This document shows positions 1-10,700 of a stretch of DNA of 64,000 bases, piece after piece. Location: contig NW_026943819.1 in the NCBI RefSeq assembly GCF_035594765.1, positions 1,054,001 to 1,118,000 of the forward strand. Reading direction: 5' to 3'. How positions within the stretch are numbered: the first letter of the stretch is position 1; each line of letters starts with the position of its first letter. The DNA comes from Anolis carolinensis (Eukaryota). The translations under genes were made by a program, and so were the position numbers. A model generated the notes under the pieces. The model ran no database searches. It was given only the letters and a program-made list of their open reading frames with translations, and was not told where the DNA came from.

Positions 1-180
1 ATCTGGCTCTTGTATCTGAAACCCAGAATCCCCTTCTTCATCCTCACTCTGGCTATGCTGTGGCTGAGTCACAACACTGAGGTACATTCTGCACAACCAA
101 CCAATGTGTCTCCATCCCTCCTCTTCCTTCCTTCCTTCCTTCCTTCCTTCCTTCCTTCCTTCCTTCCTTCCTCCCTGCAG

Positions 181-1105
181 CTCCCTCTTCCAGGACAACC
201 TGGACACGGTCAGCGCCTATGCCCTGGAGCTGCAGAAGCAGGTGGTGCCCTTTGCCGAGCAGCTCCACGGCCGCATGGCGGAAGACTCCCAGAAGCTGAA
301 GGAGCAACTACGAGAGGAGCTGGACCAGTTGCGCGCCCGCATCACGCCTCGCGCCGAAGAGGTCCGGCAGCAGATGACCGGCGCCATCCAGAACCTGCAG
401 GCCCAGCTCGGCCCGTACGCCGAGGAGCTGCGCAGCCAGGTGAACCGCAACGCGGCCGAGCTGCGCCAAGGGCTGGAGCCGCTGGCGGAGGAGATGCGTG
501 CCAAGCTGCAGGAGAACGTGGCCGACCTCCACGGGGCCCTCTCCCCTTACGCCGACCGGCTGCAGCAGCGCATCGAGGCGCAGGTGGGGACCCTGAAGGC
601 CGCGCTGGACCCCTACGCCAACAAGCTCAAGGCCGAGGCCGACCGGACCCTGGAGGAGCTGCGCGCCGGCCTGGCGCCCTTCGCCCAAGACGCCCAGGGG
701 CAGCTCAACCGCCAGCTGGAGGGCCTCTCCTTCCAGATGCAGAAGGGCATTGAGGAGCTGCGGGCCAAGCTCTCCGAAGGGACCCTCGACCTGGAGGCCA
801 AGCTGAGCCCCTTGGCCCACGAGCTGCGGGAGAAGCTGCAGCGCGCCTCTGAGCTGCGGGAGAGCCTGGCGCCCTACCTGGACGGGCTGGGCGGGCAGAT
901 CGAGGGCCGGATCGAGGAGTTCCGCCAGGCGGTGGGGCCCCACGGAGAGAGCATCAACCGGCTCCTGGTGCAGAAGGTGGAGGAGATGAGGAGCAGCCTG
1001 GAGCCCTACGCCGACCAGGCCGGGGACCACCTGGGCTTCCTGGAGAAGAACCTGAGGGACAAGCTGGCCTCCTTCTTCGAGGCCCTCAAGCAGAAGGAGA
1101 ACTGA
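181..1105 (+). CDS. APOA4: Apolipoprotein A-IV, terminal coding exon (upstream exons lie outside the window)
   Basis: (CCTT)n pyrimidine tract and AG acceptor at 179-180. Translation SLFQDNL...QLEGLSFQMQK...DHLGFLEKNLRDKLASFF has 22-aa Pro-punctuated amphipathic repeats and matches recalled human APOA4 (LFQDKL, QLEGLTFQMKK, HLSFLEKDLRDKVNSFF). TGA at 1103-1105. Confidence 0.93.
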
Positions 1106-1124
1106 GGGACAGTCCGCAGTGGTC

Positions 1125-1800
1125 TTGTGCCTTCGTGACTCTGGGGTCTTTGGGCTTCAGAGCTTGAGGTCCTCCAAACTCCCACAATGGCCTTCGTCTA
1201 GGACTCCAGTCCTCTTGCACTTCAGAGCTTGAGGTCCTCCAAACTCCTACAAAATCCCACAGTGGCCTTTCTTTCTTCTGTGACTCCAACACTCTTGGGC
1301 TTCAGAGCTTGAGGTCCTCCAAACTCCTACAAAATCCCACAGTGGCCTTTCTTTCTTCTATGACTCCAACACTCTTGGGCAGTGGTTCTCAACTTGGGGT
1401 CCTCAGATGTTTTTGGCCTACAACTCCCAGAAATCCCAGCCAGTTTACCAGTTGTTAGGATTTCTGGGAGTTGAAGGCCAGAAACATCTGGGGACCCCAG
1501 GTTGAGAACCACTGCTCTTGGTATTCTAAGGTTGAGGTCCTCCAAACTCCCATGGAATTCCCACAATGGCCTTCTATGACTCCAACCCTCTTGAGATTCC
1601 AAGGTTGAGGTCCTACAAACTCCCATGGAATTCCCACAATGGCCTTCTATGACTCCAACCCTCTTGAGATTCCAAGGTTGAGGTCCTACAAACTCCCACA
1701 GAATCCCACAATGGCTTTTCTTTCTTTTTTTCTATGACTCCAACCCTCTTGGGTTTCAGAGCTTGAGGTCCTCCAAAATTCCCATAAAATCCCACAATGG
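1125..1800. repeat. ~60-70 bp tandem repeat immediately after the APOA4 stop codon
   Basis: Recurring unit tgactccaaccctcttg...ttgaggtcctccaaactccc...cccacaatggcctt. Confidence 0.85.
1380..1514. mobile_element. hAT-type MITE
   Basis: TIRs CAGTGGTTCTCAAC...GTTGAGAACCACTG; 8-bp TSD ctcttggg/ctcttggt. Confidence 0.85.
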
Positions 1801-1801
1801 T

Positions 1802-2142
1802 TCTCTGACAGAAGCTTTTCCAACAACACAGGGAGTAAAACAGGGGTGCTTACTGGCCCCTACTCTTTTAACATCTATATGGATGTTTTAGTGCTTTGTT
1901 TAGCTAAAACTGACTCTCCTTCACCAGTAGTCAGGAAGAGAAAGATTTTCACCCCGACGTATGCAGACGATCTAGCGCTCATCTCGCTCTCTCGGTTGGA
2001 TCTTTAAAATCTTCTGGAAGCTTTCAGGACCTTCTGCCAAGAGGAATATCTGTCAATAAATTACTCCAAGACCAAGGTTATGGGTTTTGGCAGGCACTTC
2101 CCCAGGGATACGTGGTCTTTAGACCAACATGCCATAGAGCAA
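1802..2142 (+). mobile_element. Degenerate non-LTR retrotransposon reverse-transcriptase fragment (RTE-like)
   Basis: Manual translation TQGVKQGCLLAPTLFNIY...TYADDLAL...*...INYSKTKVM shows RT motifs including YADD, with an in-frame stop. Confidence 0.85.
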
Positions 2143-2634
2143 ACAATGGCCTTTTGCCTGTGACTCTCTCACTCCAGTGGCATTTTGGAGGACCTTACGC
2201 TCGGAAGCCCAAAGAGAGAGGAAACTTTCAAAACTGCCGATTATTTGGCATCTCTGTTACTCTGTTACTTGTTCGCTGCTGCTAGCAACCTCCGCACACT
2301 TGATATGTCTGTGCAAACACATCTGGCTGGCAAAGGTTACACATTGTGCCGTAATAAACGAGCAACTCAGCAATGCACGATGGGCACTCTTGGCTTCTTT
2401 CACGACGGGCACTTGGGAGGCTGTGTGTGAGGGGGTGGTCTCTGAGGGTGTCCTTGCGTGGGTTTTGTCTTCCTGCGCATGTCAACATAGGATAAGGTGC
2501 CAGGCATAGGTTTTCTGCTGCCTTTGAGATATTTAGGTAGCTGTATTGCCTGGTTTGTAACAATGGGAGGGTTTATTGGATGTCAACTCCCAGGGCTGTC
2601 CATCGGCCACCGAGGGGATTCTGGAGCCCAAGAG

Positions 2635-2856
2635 GTTTGTTTGCTCAGCTCTCCAAACACAGGAAGGAGCCCCTCGGTGCCAAAGGCCTCGGTGGCGTCC
2701 AGCAAAAGCTCTTGTTTACCGGCCAGACCTCGGAAGAGGTCAGAGTCTGCGCAGCCCACAAAGTCCAGATTGCGGCCTCTCTCGGCACAGCCATCAGCCC
2801 ACCGTGGGTGTCTGTCTTCCCTGGAGCTGACCACTGACCGCTGACCTTTCCCCAGC
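2635..2856. promoter_or_regulatory. Putative liver/intestine enhancer (FOXA, HNF4 and tandem DR1 motifs)
   Basis: TGTTTGC 2638-2644; TGTTTAC 2713-2719; AGGTCAgAGTCTG from 2737; CAAAGTCCA 2759-2767; minus-strand TGGGGA-a-AGGTCA-g-CGGTCA-g-TGGTCA 2828-2854. Confidence 0.5.
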
Positions 2857-3030
2857 TCGCCCTCTCCATGGCTTTCCTACAAATTGCCCCATTGGCAGCT
2901 AAGCAAGGCCGGATCTGGTTAGGATAAGGAAGAAGTCCAAACTCCTGCCAGGCAGGAAAAGCACAATCAAAGCCCCCCTGACAGATGGCCATCCAGCCTC
3001 TGCTTAACAAATAATAATAATAATAATAGT

Positions 3031-3490
3031 AGTATTGGAAAATGAACATGCAAAGATACTGTGAGATTTCCGAATCCAGACTGACAAAGTTCTGGAACAC
3101 AACACACCAGACATCACAGTTGTGGAAAAGAAAAAGTTTTGGATCATTGATGTTGCCATCCCAGGTGACAGTCGCATTGACGAAAAACAACAGGAAAAAC
3201 TCAGCCACTCTCAGGACCTCAAGATTGAACTGCAAAGACTCTGGCAGAAACCAGTGCAGGTGGTCCCGGTGGTGATCGGCACACTGGGTGCCATGCCAAA
3301 AGATCTCAGCCGGCATTTGGAAACCATAGACATTGACAAAATTACGATCTGCCAACTGCAAAAGGCCACCCTACTGGGATCTGCAGCATCATCCGAAAAT
3401 ACATCACACAGTCCTAGACACTTGGGAAGTGTTCGACTTGTGGTTTTGTGATACGAAATCCAGCATATCTATCTTGTTTGCTGTGTCATA
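3031..3490 (+). mobile_element. 5'-truncated R4/Dong-clade non-LTR retrotransposon (REL endonuclease end)
   Basis: [42 protein letters not shown] is a PD-(D/E)xK-type REL motif; flanked by (TAA)n on both sides. Confidence 0.85.
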
Positions 3491-3494
3491 ATAA

Positions 3495-3531
<37 letters not shown>

Positions 3532-3632
3532 GAGTTGGAAGAGACCACATGGGGCATCTAGTCCAAACTCCTGCCAAACAGGAAAAGCACAATCAAAGCC
3601 CCCCTGACAGATGGCCATCCAGCCTCTGCTTA

Positions 3633-3670
<38 letters not shown>

Positions 3671-3850
3671 GAGTTGGAAGAGACCACGAGTTGGGAGGGG
3701 ATGGACCATGAACAATGGGACTTGCATATAGAAGTTGTAGATCACCCACACCCACTGCACCCATCTGACATTGGATCTAGACTAAACTTGGAACACAAAC
3801 AAACAATGCCTTTCTCAAATATTCCGGGCACTGCCGGGTTCCCAAGCTAG

Positions 3851-5070
3851 TATATAATAATATATAAATATTGTGCTATACTAATAATATAATATATTGT
3901 ATATACATATAATATTGATAATAATATTACAATGTAATACAATATAATAATAATAACTATACACTATTATAATTGTATAATTATATAGTACATGTAATTT
4001 TACTAATAATATTGCAGTATAGTGGTATAGTACAACATAGTAAAATAAAACGCTTATATTGTGCTATGCTAATAATATAATATATTGTATATACATATAA
4101 TATTGATAATAATATTTTAATGTAATACAATATAGTAATACACTATTATAATAGTATATTATATATTACATGCAATATTACTAATAATATTGCAGTATAG
4201 TGGTATAATACAATATAATAATATATAATGCTTCTATTGTGCTATGCTAATAATATAATATATTGTATATACATATAATATTGATAATAATATTATAATG
4301 TAATACAATATAATAATAATACACTATTATAATTGTATAATTATATAGTACATGTAATTTTACTAATAATATTGCAGTATAGTGGTATACTACAACATAG
4401 TAAAATAAAACGCTTATATTGTGCTATGCTAATAATATAATATATTGTATATACATATAATATTGATAATAATATTTTAATGTAATACAATATACAGTAG
4501 AGTCTCACTTATCCAAGCTAAACAGGCCGGCAGAAGCTTGGATAAGCGAATATCTTGGATAATTAGGAGGGATTAAGGAAAAGCCTATTAAACATCAAAT
4601 TGGGTTATGAGTTTACAAATTAAGCACCAAAACATCATGTTAGACAACAAATTTGACAGAAAAAGTAGTTCAATACGCAGTAATGTTATGTTGTAATTAC
4701 TGTATTTACCAATTTAGCACCAACGTATCACGATATATTGAAACATGGACTACAAAAATGGCTTGGATAATCCAGAAGCTTGGATAAGCGAGACTCTACT
4801 GTAATAATACACTATTATAATAGTATATTATATATTACATGCAATATTACTAATAATATTGCAGTATAGTGGTATAATACAATATAATAATATATAATGC
4901 TTCTATTGTGCTATGCTAATAATATAATATATTGTATATACATATAATATTGATAATAATATTATAATGTAATACAATATAATAATACACTATTATAATA
5001 GTATATTATATATTACATGTAATATTACTAATAATATTGCAGTATAGTGTATAGTACAGCATAGTAATGT
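3851..5070. repeat. AT-rich ~180 bp tandem array interrupted by a MITE
   Basis: Recurring tattgtgctatgctaataatataatatattgtatatacatataatattgataataat. Confidence 0.8.
4495..4801. mobile_element. Tc1/mariner (pogo/Tigger-like) MITE; family copies at 45116-45438, 55154-55475 and 62411-62780
   Basis: TIR CAGTAGAGTCTC...GAGACTCTACTG with TA TSD in all four copies. Confidence 0.88.
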
Positions 5071-5129
5071 TGCAAATAAATAAGTAAACAAATAAATAAA
5101 TATATGTATATCTAAATCCCACTTGACTG

Positions 5130-5225
5130 GTGGTGACGTCACGGGCGCTGGTCAACAAGCTAGAGAGAGGCGCATGCGCGGGGCTCCGCTTCCGGCCCGG
5201 GGCCTCATTCCCGCTTCCGGCTGCC
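5130..5225 (+). promoter_or_regulatory. ZPR1 CpG-island housekeeping promoter
   Basis: Palindromic CRE TGACGTCA 5134-5141, NRF1 GCGCATGCGC 5170-5179 and two ETS CTTCCGG sites just upstream of ATG 5254. Confidence 0.75.
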
Positions 5226-5253
5226 GAGGGAGTCGGTTGGCGCTTCAGTCAGG

Positions 5254-5743
5254 ATGTGGGCCTTGGGGGAGCCCGGCCGCCCGCCCTCGCCTTCGCCTTC
5301 CCCGGCCTCGGTCTCCTCCTCCGCGGGGCCCGCCTTCCGCCCGCTCAGCGCCGAGGACGAGGAGCAGCTCCCGGCCGAGGTGGAGTCCCTCTGCATGGCC
5401 TGCTTCCGGAACGTAAGCCACGCGCTTCCCTCTCAGCCTCTGCCGCTTCTGCTCCTCAGGAGGCAGGCAAAAACACCGGGAGAGAGGCCTTCTCAGGCCT
5501 TTGGAACTCATTCCGTCTTGAACTATGATAGTGGGATATCCATAATAATAATAACAAGAACACCAACAACAACAATAATAAGTGTTGGGTTGTGACAGTG
5601 GGCTTTCAATAATAATAAGAAGAAGAATATGTGTTGGGTTGTGACAGTGGGCTTTCAATAATAATAATAATAAGTGTTATGATGTGACAGTTGGCTTTCA
5701 ATAATAATAATAATAATATGTGTTGGGATGTGACTGGGCTTTC

Positions 5744-5786
<43 letters not shown>

Positions 5787-5816
5787 GTATGTGTTGGGAT
5801 GTGACAGTTGGCTTTC

Positions 5817-5847
<31 letters not shown>

Positions 5848-5920
5848 TGTGTTGGGATGTGACAGTTGGCTTTCAATAATAATAATAATAATATGTGTTG
5901 GTATGTGACAGTGGGCTTTC

Positions 5921-5958
<38 letters not shown>

Positions 5959-6227
5959 TAAGTGTTGGGATGTGACAGTGGGCTTTCAATAATAATAATA
6001 ATAATAATATGTGTTGGGATGTGACAGTTGGCTTTCAATAATAATAATAATAATAATAATAATATGTGTTGGGATGTGACAGTGGGCTTTCAATAATAAT
6101 AAGAAGAAGAATATGTGTTGGGTTGTGACAGTGGGCTTTCAATAATAATAATAATAAGTGTTATGATGTGACAGTTGGCTTTCAATAATAATAATAATAA
6201 TATGTGTTGGGATGTGACTGGGCTTTC

Positions 6228-6258
<31 letters not shown>

Positions 6259-6285
6259 TGTGTTGGGATGTGACAGTTGGCTTTC

Positions 6286-6325
<40 letters not shown>

Positions 6326-6444
6326 TGTGTTGGGATGTGACAGTGGGCTTTCAATAATAATAATAAGTGTTGGGATGTGACAGTAGGCTTTCATTAATAA
6401 TTATAATAAGTAGTAGTAGTGTTGGGTTGTGACAGTAGGCTTTC

Positions 6445-6487
<43 letters not shown>

Positions 6488-7346
6488 GTATGTGTTTGGA
6501 TGTGACAGTGGGCTTTCTGGATTCAGAAAATGGATTATTGTGTATGACAGCGTAGATAGGGCCTTCGCTCTCAAATCCCTTCCTGAAGGTCATTCCACAG
6601 TCTTTCCAAGGCAGCCAATGAAATTAAGACTTCTGGGTGACGGTTGCATCCATAGAGAACGGGAGGACGAGGGATGTGTCCCTTTCCAGGTTTTGGGGGG
6701 CTTTGTCATTTGCTGCCATTGAAACCGATGCCCCTTTCCCCGCAAAACTAGGGCGTGACTCGGTTGCTGCTGACCAAGATCCCCTTCTTCAAAGAGATCA
6801 TCGTCAGCTCCTTCTCCTGCAGCCACTGCAACTGGACCAACGCCGAGATCCAGTCAGCCGGAAGGATCCAGGAGCAAGGAGTCTGCTACACACTGACTGT
6901 GCGGAGCAAGCAGGTGAGTGGCAGCTTTGGCTCTGGGCTCATGGATCTATCTGGCAGGAACTGATTCTGAGCATCAGCTTTCAGCCTGGAAAGAGCCCAG
7001 CTTCCAGAGGATCAGTCTCAGAGGATGTGATCCAGCAGTGTTGCTAAAGCCCACTGGCTCTGGGTCTGATTAAAATCTGGATGGGAAATGGGAAATGAGG
7101 GGGCTATCACAGGCACGGGCCAACTTCAGCCCTCCCTCCAGATATTTTGGACTTCAACTCCGACAACAACAATAACAACAACAATATAGGACTGTGGCAG
7201 TGAGCGTTCCTCAATAATAATAATCATTATTTATTTATTTATTTATTTATTTGCGACATTTATATCCCAACCTTCTCACCCCGAAGGGGACTCAGGTCGG
7301 TTTACAAGTATATATACATACAATATATATTAATATATATAATTAT

Positions 7347-7377
<31 letters not shown>

Positions 7378-7534
7378 TAGGGACAGCAAGTTTTCCTCCA
7401 TAATAACAATATAATGCCGTGACAGTAGGCTTTTCTAAATAATAATATAAGGCTGTAACAGTGAGCTTTCCTCAACAATGACAACAACAACAACCAACAA
7501 CAACAATATAGGACTATGGCAGTGAGCGTTCCTC

Positions 7535-7568
<34 letters not shown>

Positions 7569-7727
7569 GGATGTGACAGCAAGCTTTCCTCCATAATAAC
7601 AATATAATACTGTGACAGTAGGCTTTTCTAAATAATAATATAAGGCTGTAACAGTGAGCTTTCCTCAACAATGACAACAACAATAACCAACAACAACAAT
7701 ATAGGACTGTGGCAGTGAGCGTTCCTC

Positions 7728-7773
<46 letters not shown>

Positions 7774-10700
7774 TAGGGATGTGGCAGCAAGCTTTCCTCC
7801 ATAATAACAATATAATACTGTGACTGGGCTTTTCTAAATAATAATAATATAGGGCTGTAACAGTGAGCTTTCCTCAACAATGACAACAACAACAACAATA
7901 ATAAAGGACTGCGACGGTGGATTTTTCTAAATAATATTAGGCTGTGACAGGGAGCTTTCCTCCATAATAATGATAGTAATAATAATGATACAGGGCTGTG
8001 ACAGTGAGGAACTGTGGGAGTTGAAGTCCAAAACACCTGGAGGGAGGATGAGGTTGGCCATGCCTGGGTTATAACTATTAAGCATGTGATGAAGTGTATC
8101 CTAGAAAAACATTGGGATCTCCTCTCTATGCTCAGTCGGGGTGTTTTTTCCCCCTTGTTGGCTTGCCTTGTCCTTGGCCCCGGTTTCCCGGCTGGTATAA
8201 CCTTTCCTGTACATCATTCTCTCCAGGATATGAATAGGGAAGTGGTGAAGACTGACTGTGCCACAGCTAGAGTCCCAGAGCTAGACTTTGAAATCCCTGC
8301 TTTTTCTCAGAAGGGAGGTGGGTATCCGTGGCTGCTTTTGGTTTATCGTGGGGCAGGTGGTGGTAGCTGTGTGGCGAGGGAGCTTCTTGCACAGCGTGGG
8401 CCTCTCGCAGAAAGGGGCCGGGGCTTTGGGCTGAGGAAGGGAACGTGTTTAAGAGGGGATCGCAAGGAGGAGGCTTCTGCCGGGAGTCCCGGGTCAAATT
8501 GTAGTCAGGAATGCTTATAATTCTTTCTTTAAAATCCCAAGATTGCATAGCATTGAGCCATGGACATGGCTTTTATGTTTAGCCGCTTTGAGTCTCCTTT
8601 GGGAGAGATAAAGCAGGATATAAATATAATAATAATGATAATGATAATAATAATGCACGCAGATCCTATTATTATTATTATTACACAGCAAACAAAATAG
8701 ACATGCTGGATTTCATATCACAACATCACAAGTCGAACACTTCCCAAGTGTCTAGGACTGTGTGATGTATTTTCGGATGATGCACGCAGATCCCAGCAGG
8801 GTGGCCTTTTGCGGCTGGCAGATCGTAATTTTGTCAATGTCTATTGTTTCCAAATGCCGGCTGAGATCTTTTGGCACGGCACCCAGTGTGCCCATCACCA
8901 CCGGGACCACCTGCACTGGTTTCTGCCAGAGTCTTTGATGTTCAATCTTGAGGTCCTGATAGCGGCTGAGTTTTTCCTGTTGTTTTTCGTCAATGCGACT
9001 GTCACCTGGGATGGCAACATCAATGATCCAAACCTTTTTCTTTTCCACAACTGTGATGTCTGGTGTATTATTATTATTATTATTATTATACATTACACAG
9101 TCCTAAACACTTGGGAAGTGTTCGACTTGTGATTTTGTGATACGAAATCCAGCATATCGATCTTGTTTGCTGTGTCAGACTATGTCATTGTGTCAATAAT
9201 AATAATATAGTGATATAGATGATGTCCCTCAAATAGGAGCTCCAGGTGCTGTTAAAGCAGTTTCCCCTTTGGCTTTACCATATTACGCAAATCTAAGTCA
9301 CACCCCAAATTTTGGGAAGGTAATTTAGCCAAGAAAGGTGACCACTAGATTCGAGTAAATACGATAATTGAGATTCAAACATACACACTTTGCAAACTGA
9401 TAGGATACAAGCACCGAAACAGATCCAAGTACTGCCTGTTAGGGTTTGATATCTGATAGTTGGGACTGGGATAGGAGGGAGAAAAGGGAATGGCAGGTGG
9501 AAGAGGCGTCAAATGCACATGGTTGAGTCCTTGCAGAGGCTCTGAAGGCTCCTCTTCACATCGGTCTCATTGTGGGCCATCTAATGCCAGCGTACCCTGC
9601 GGCAACCCATCCCCACCTGTGAGAGCCAGCAAATGTCCTTGTTTCTAATCGTAGCGGCCGTTGTGTCAACCAGAGTAAAAGAGCAAAACCGCCGGGTGTG
9701 ATAATGGGGTAGTAATGCCTGCGGTTTCTTCCTCTTCCCAGTTCTTACCACTCTTGAAGGGCTCATCGACAGAGCCGTTGCAGGGCTGGAGCAGGACCAG
9801 CCGAGACGCCGGGTAAGTGGCTTATCGGGCGTCTAGAGGCCCTTCTTAAATTAGAAAGCAACCATTTCTTGAGCTAATTGTAAGACCCATAGGCAGCAGA
9901 ACAGTAGGTAGACCCCATCTGTAGGGAGAGATACACTGGCCTGGCATTCAGCCGCCGATGTTGCTCTTGGCTGCAGTTTGCAAAGGCTGAAAGCTACTGC
10001 TGTTGCTTCTTGTTGGTGACAGGAAACAGATGCAGCCCTGGCTGAAAAGATTGACGGGTTCGTCTCCAAGTTGAAGCGCTTGAAGGAAGTGGATTCACAC
10101 TTCACTTTTGTAAGTCCCTCCTGGGAACGGTGTGGCCTGTGCAAGCGTTCCCTGCTAAAGTGAGACGCATGATCCCAAGGCCCCATTTCCCCATTTCTCC
10201 CTGCTAGATTCTAGACGACCCCTCAGGAAACAGCTTTGTGGAGAACCCTCGGGCCCCGCTGCGAGATGAAGCCCTGGTGGTCACCCACTACTGGAGGACG
10301 GCTCAGCAGGCGGCCATGCTGGGCCTCGAGGTGACTGGGAAGGGCAGCCTGGGTGTGAGGGACTGGAAGGTGTCCATTGGAGGGCCACTAAAAGGATCGA
10401 AGCTCTGGAGACCAGGAATACTCCCTCTGAGGAGCGCCTTAAAGAGCTGGGTCTGTTTAGCCTGCAAAAGAGAAGGTGGAGAGGAGACAGGAGAGGGGCC
10501 ATGTATACATATAAATATATATATAATAATCACTAGCTGTGCTCGGCCACGCGTTGCTGTGGCGAAGTCTGGTGGTATGGGAAATAAAGTATTGAGGAAT
10601 TGGTGGTAGTTAAGGTAAAGGGTCATGTTTATATTGGATAAGTGGGACTCCACTGTATATTTATAATCTTATATTATCTGCTTAGAACTGGATGATATGA

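Noticed and set aside
10-1030. Overlapping long ORFs (10-753 +, 308-1030 -) on the APOA4 exon
   Set aside because: Shadow frames caused by high GC3 coding sequence; no recognisable product
181-1105. Assignment as APOA5 or APOA1
   Set aside because: Motifs QLEGLSFQM and HLGFLEKNLRDK and the exon length fit APOA4
5570-6516. CRISPR-like repeat-spacer appearance (also 38655-39802 and 57225-58370)
   Set aside because: Spacers are only trinucleotide tracts, the context is vertebrate introns, and there are no cas genes
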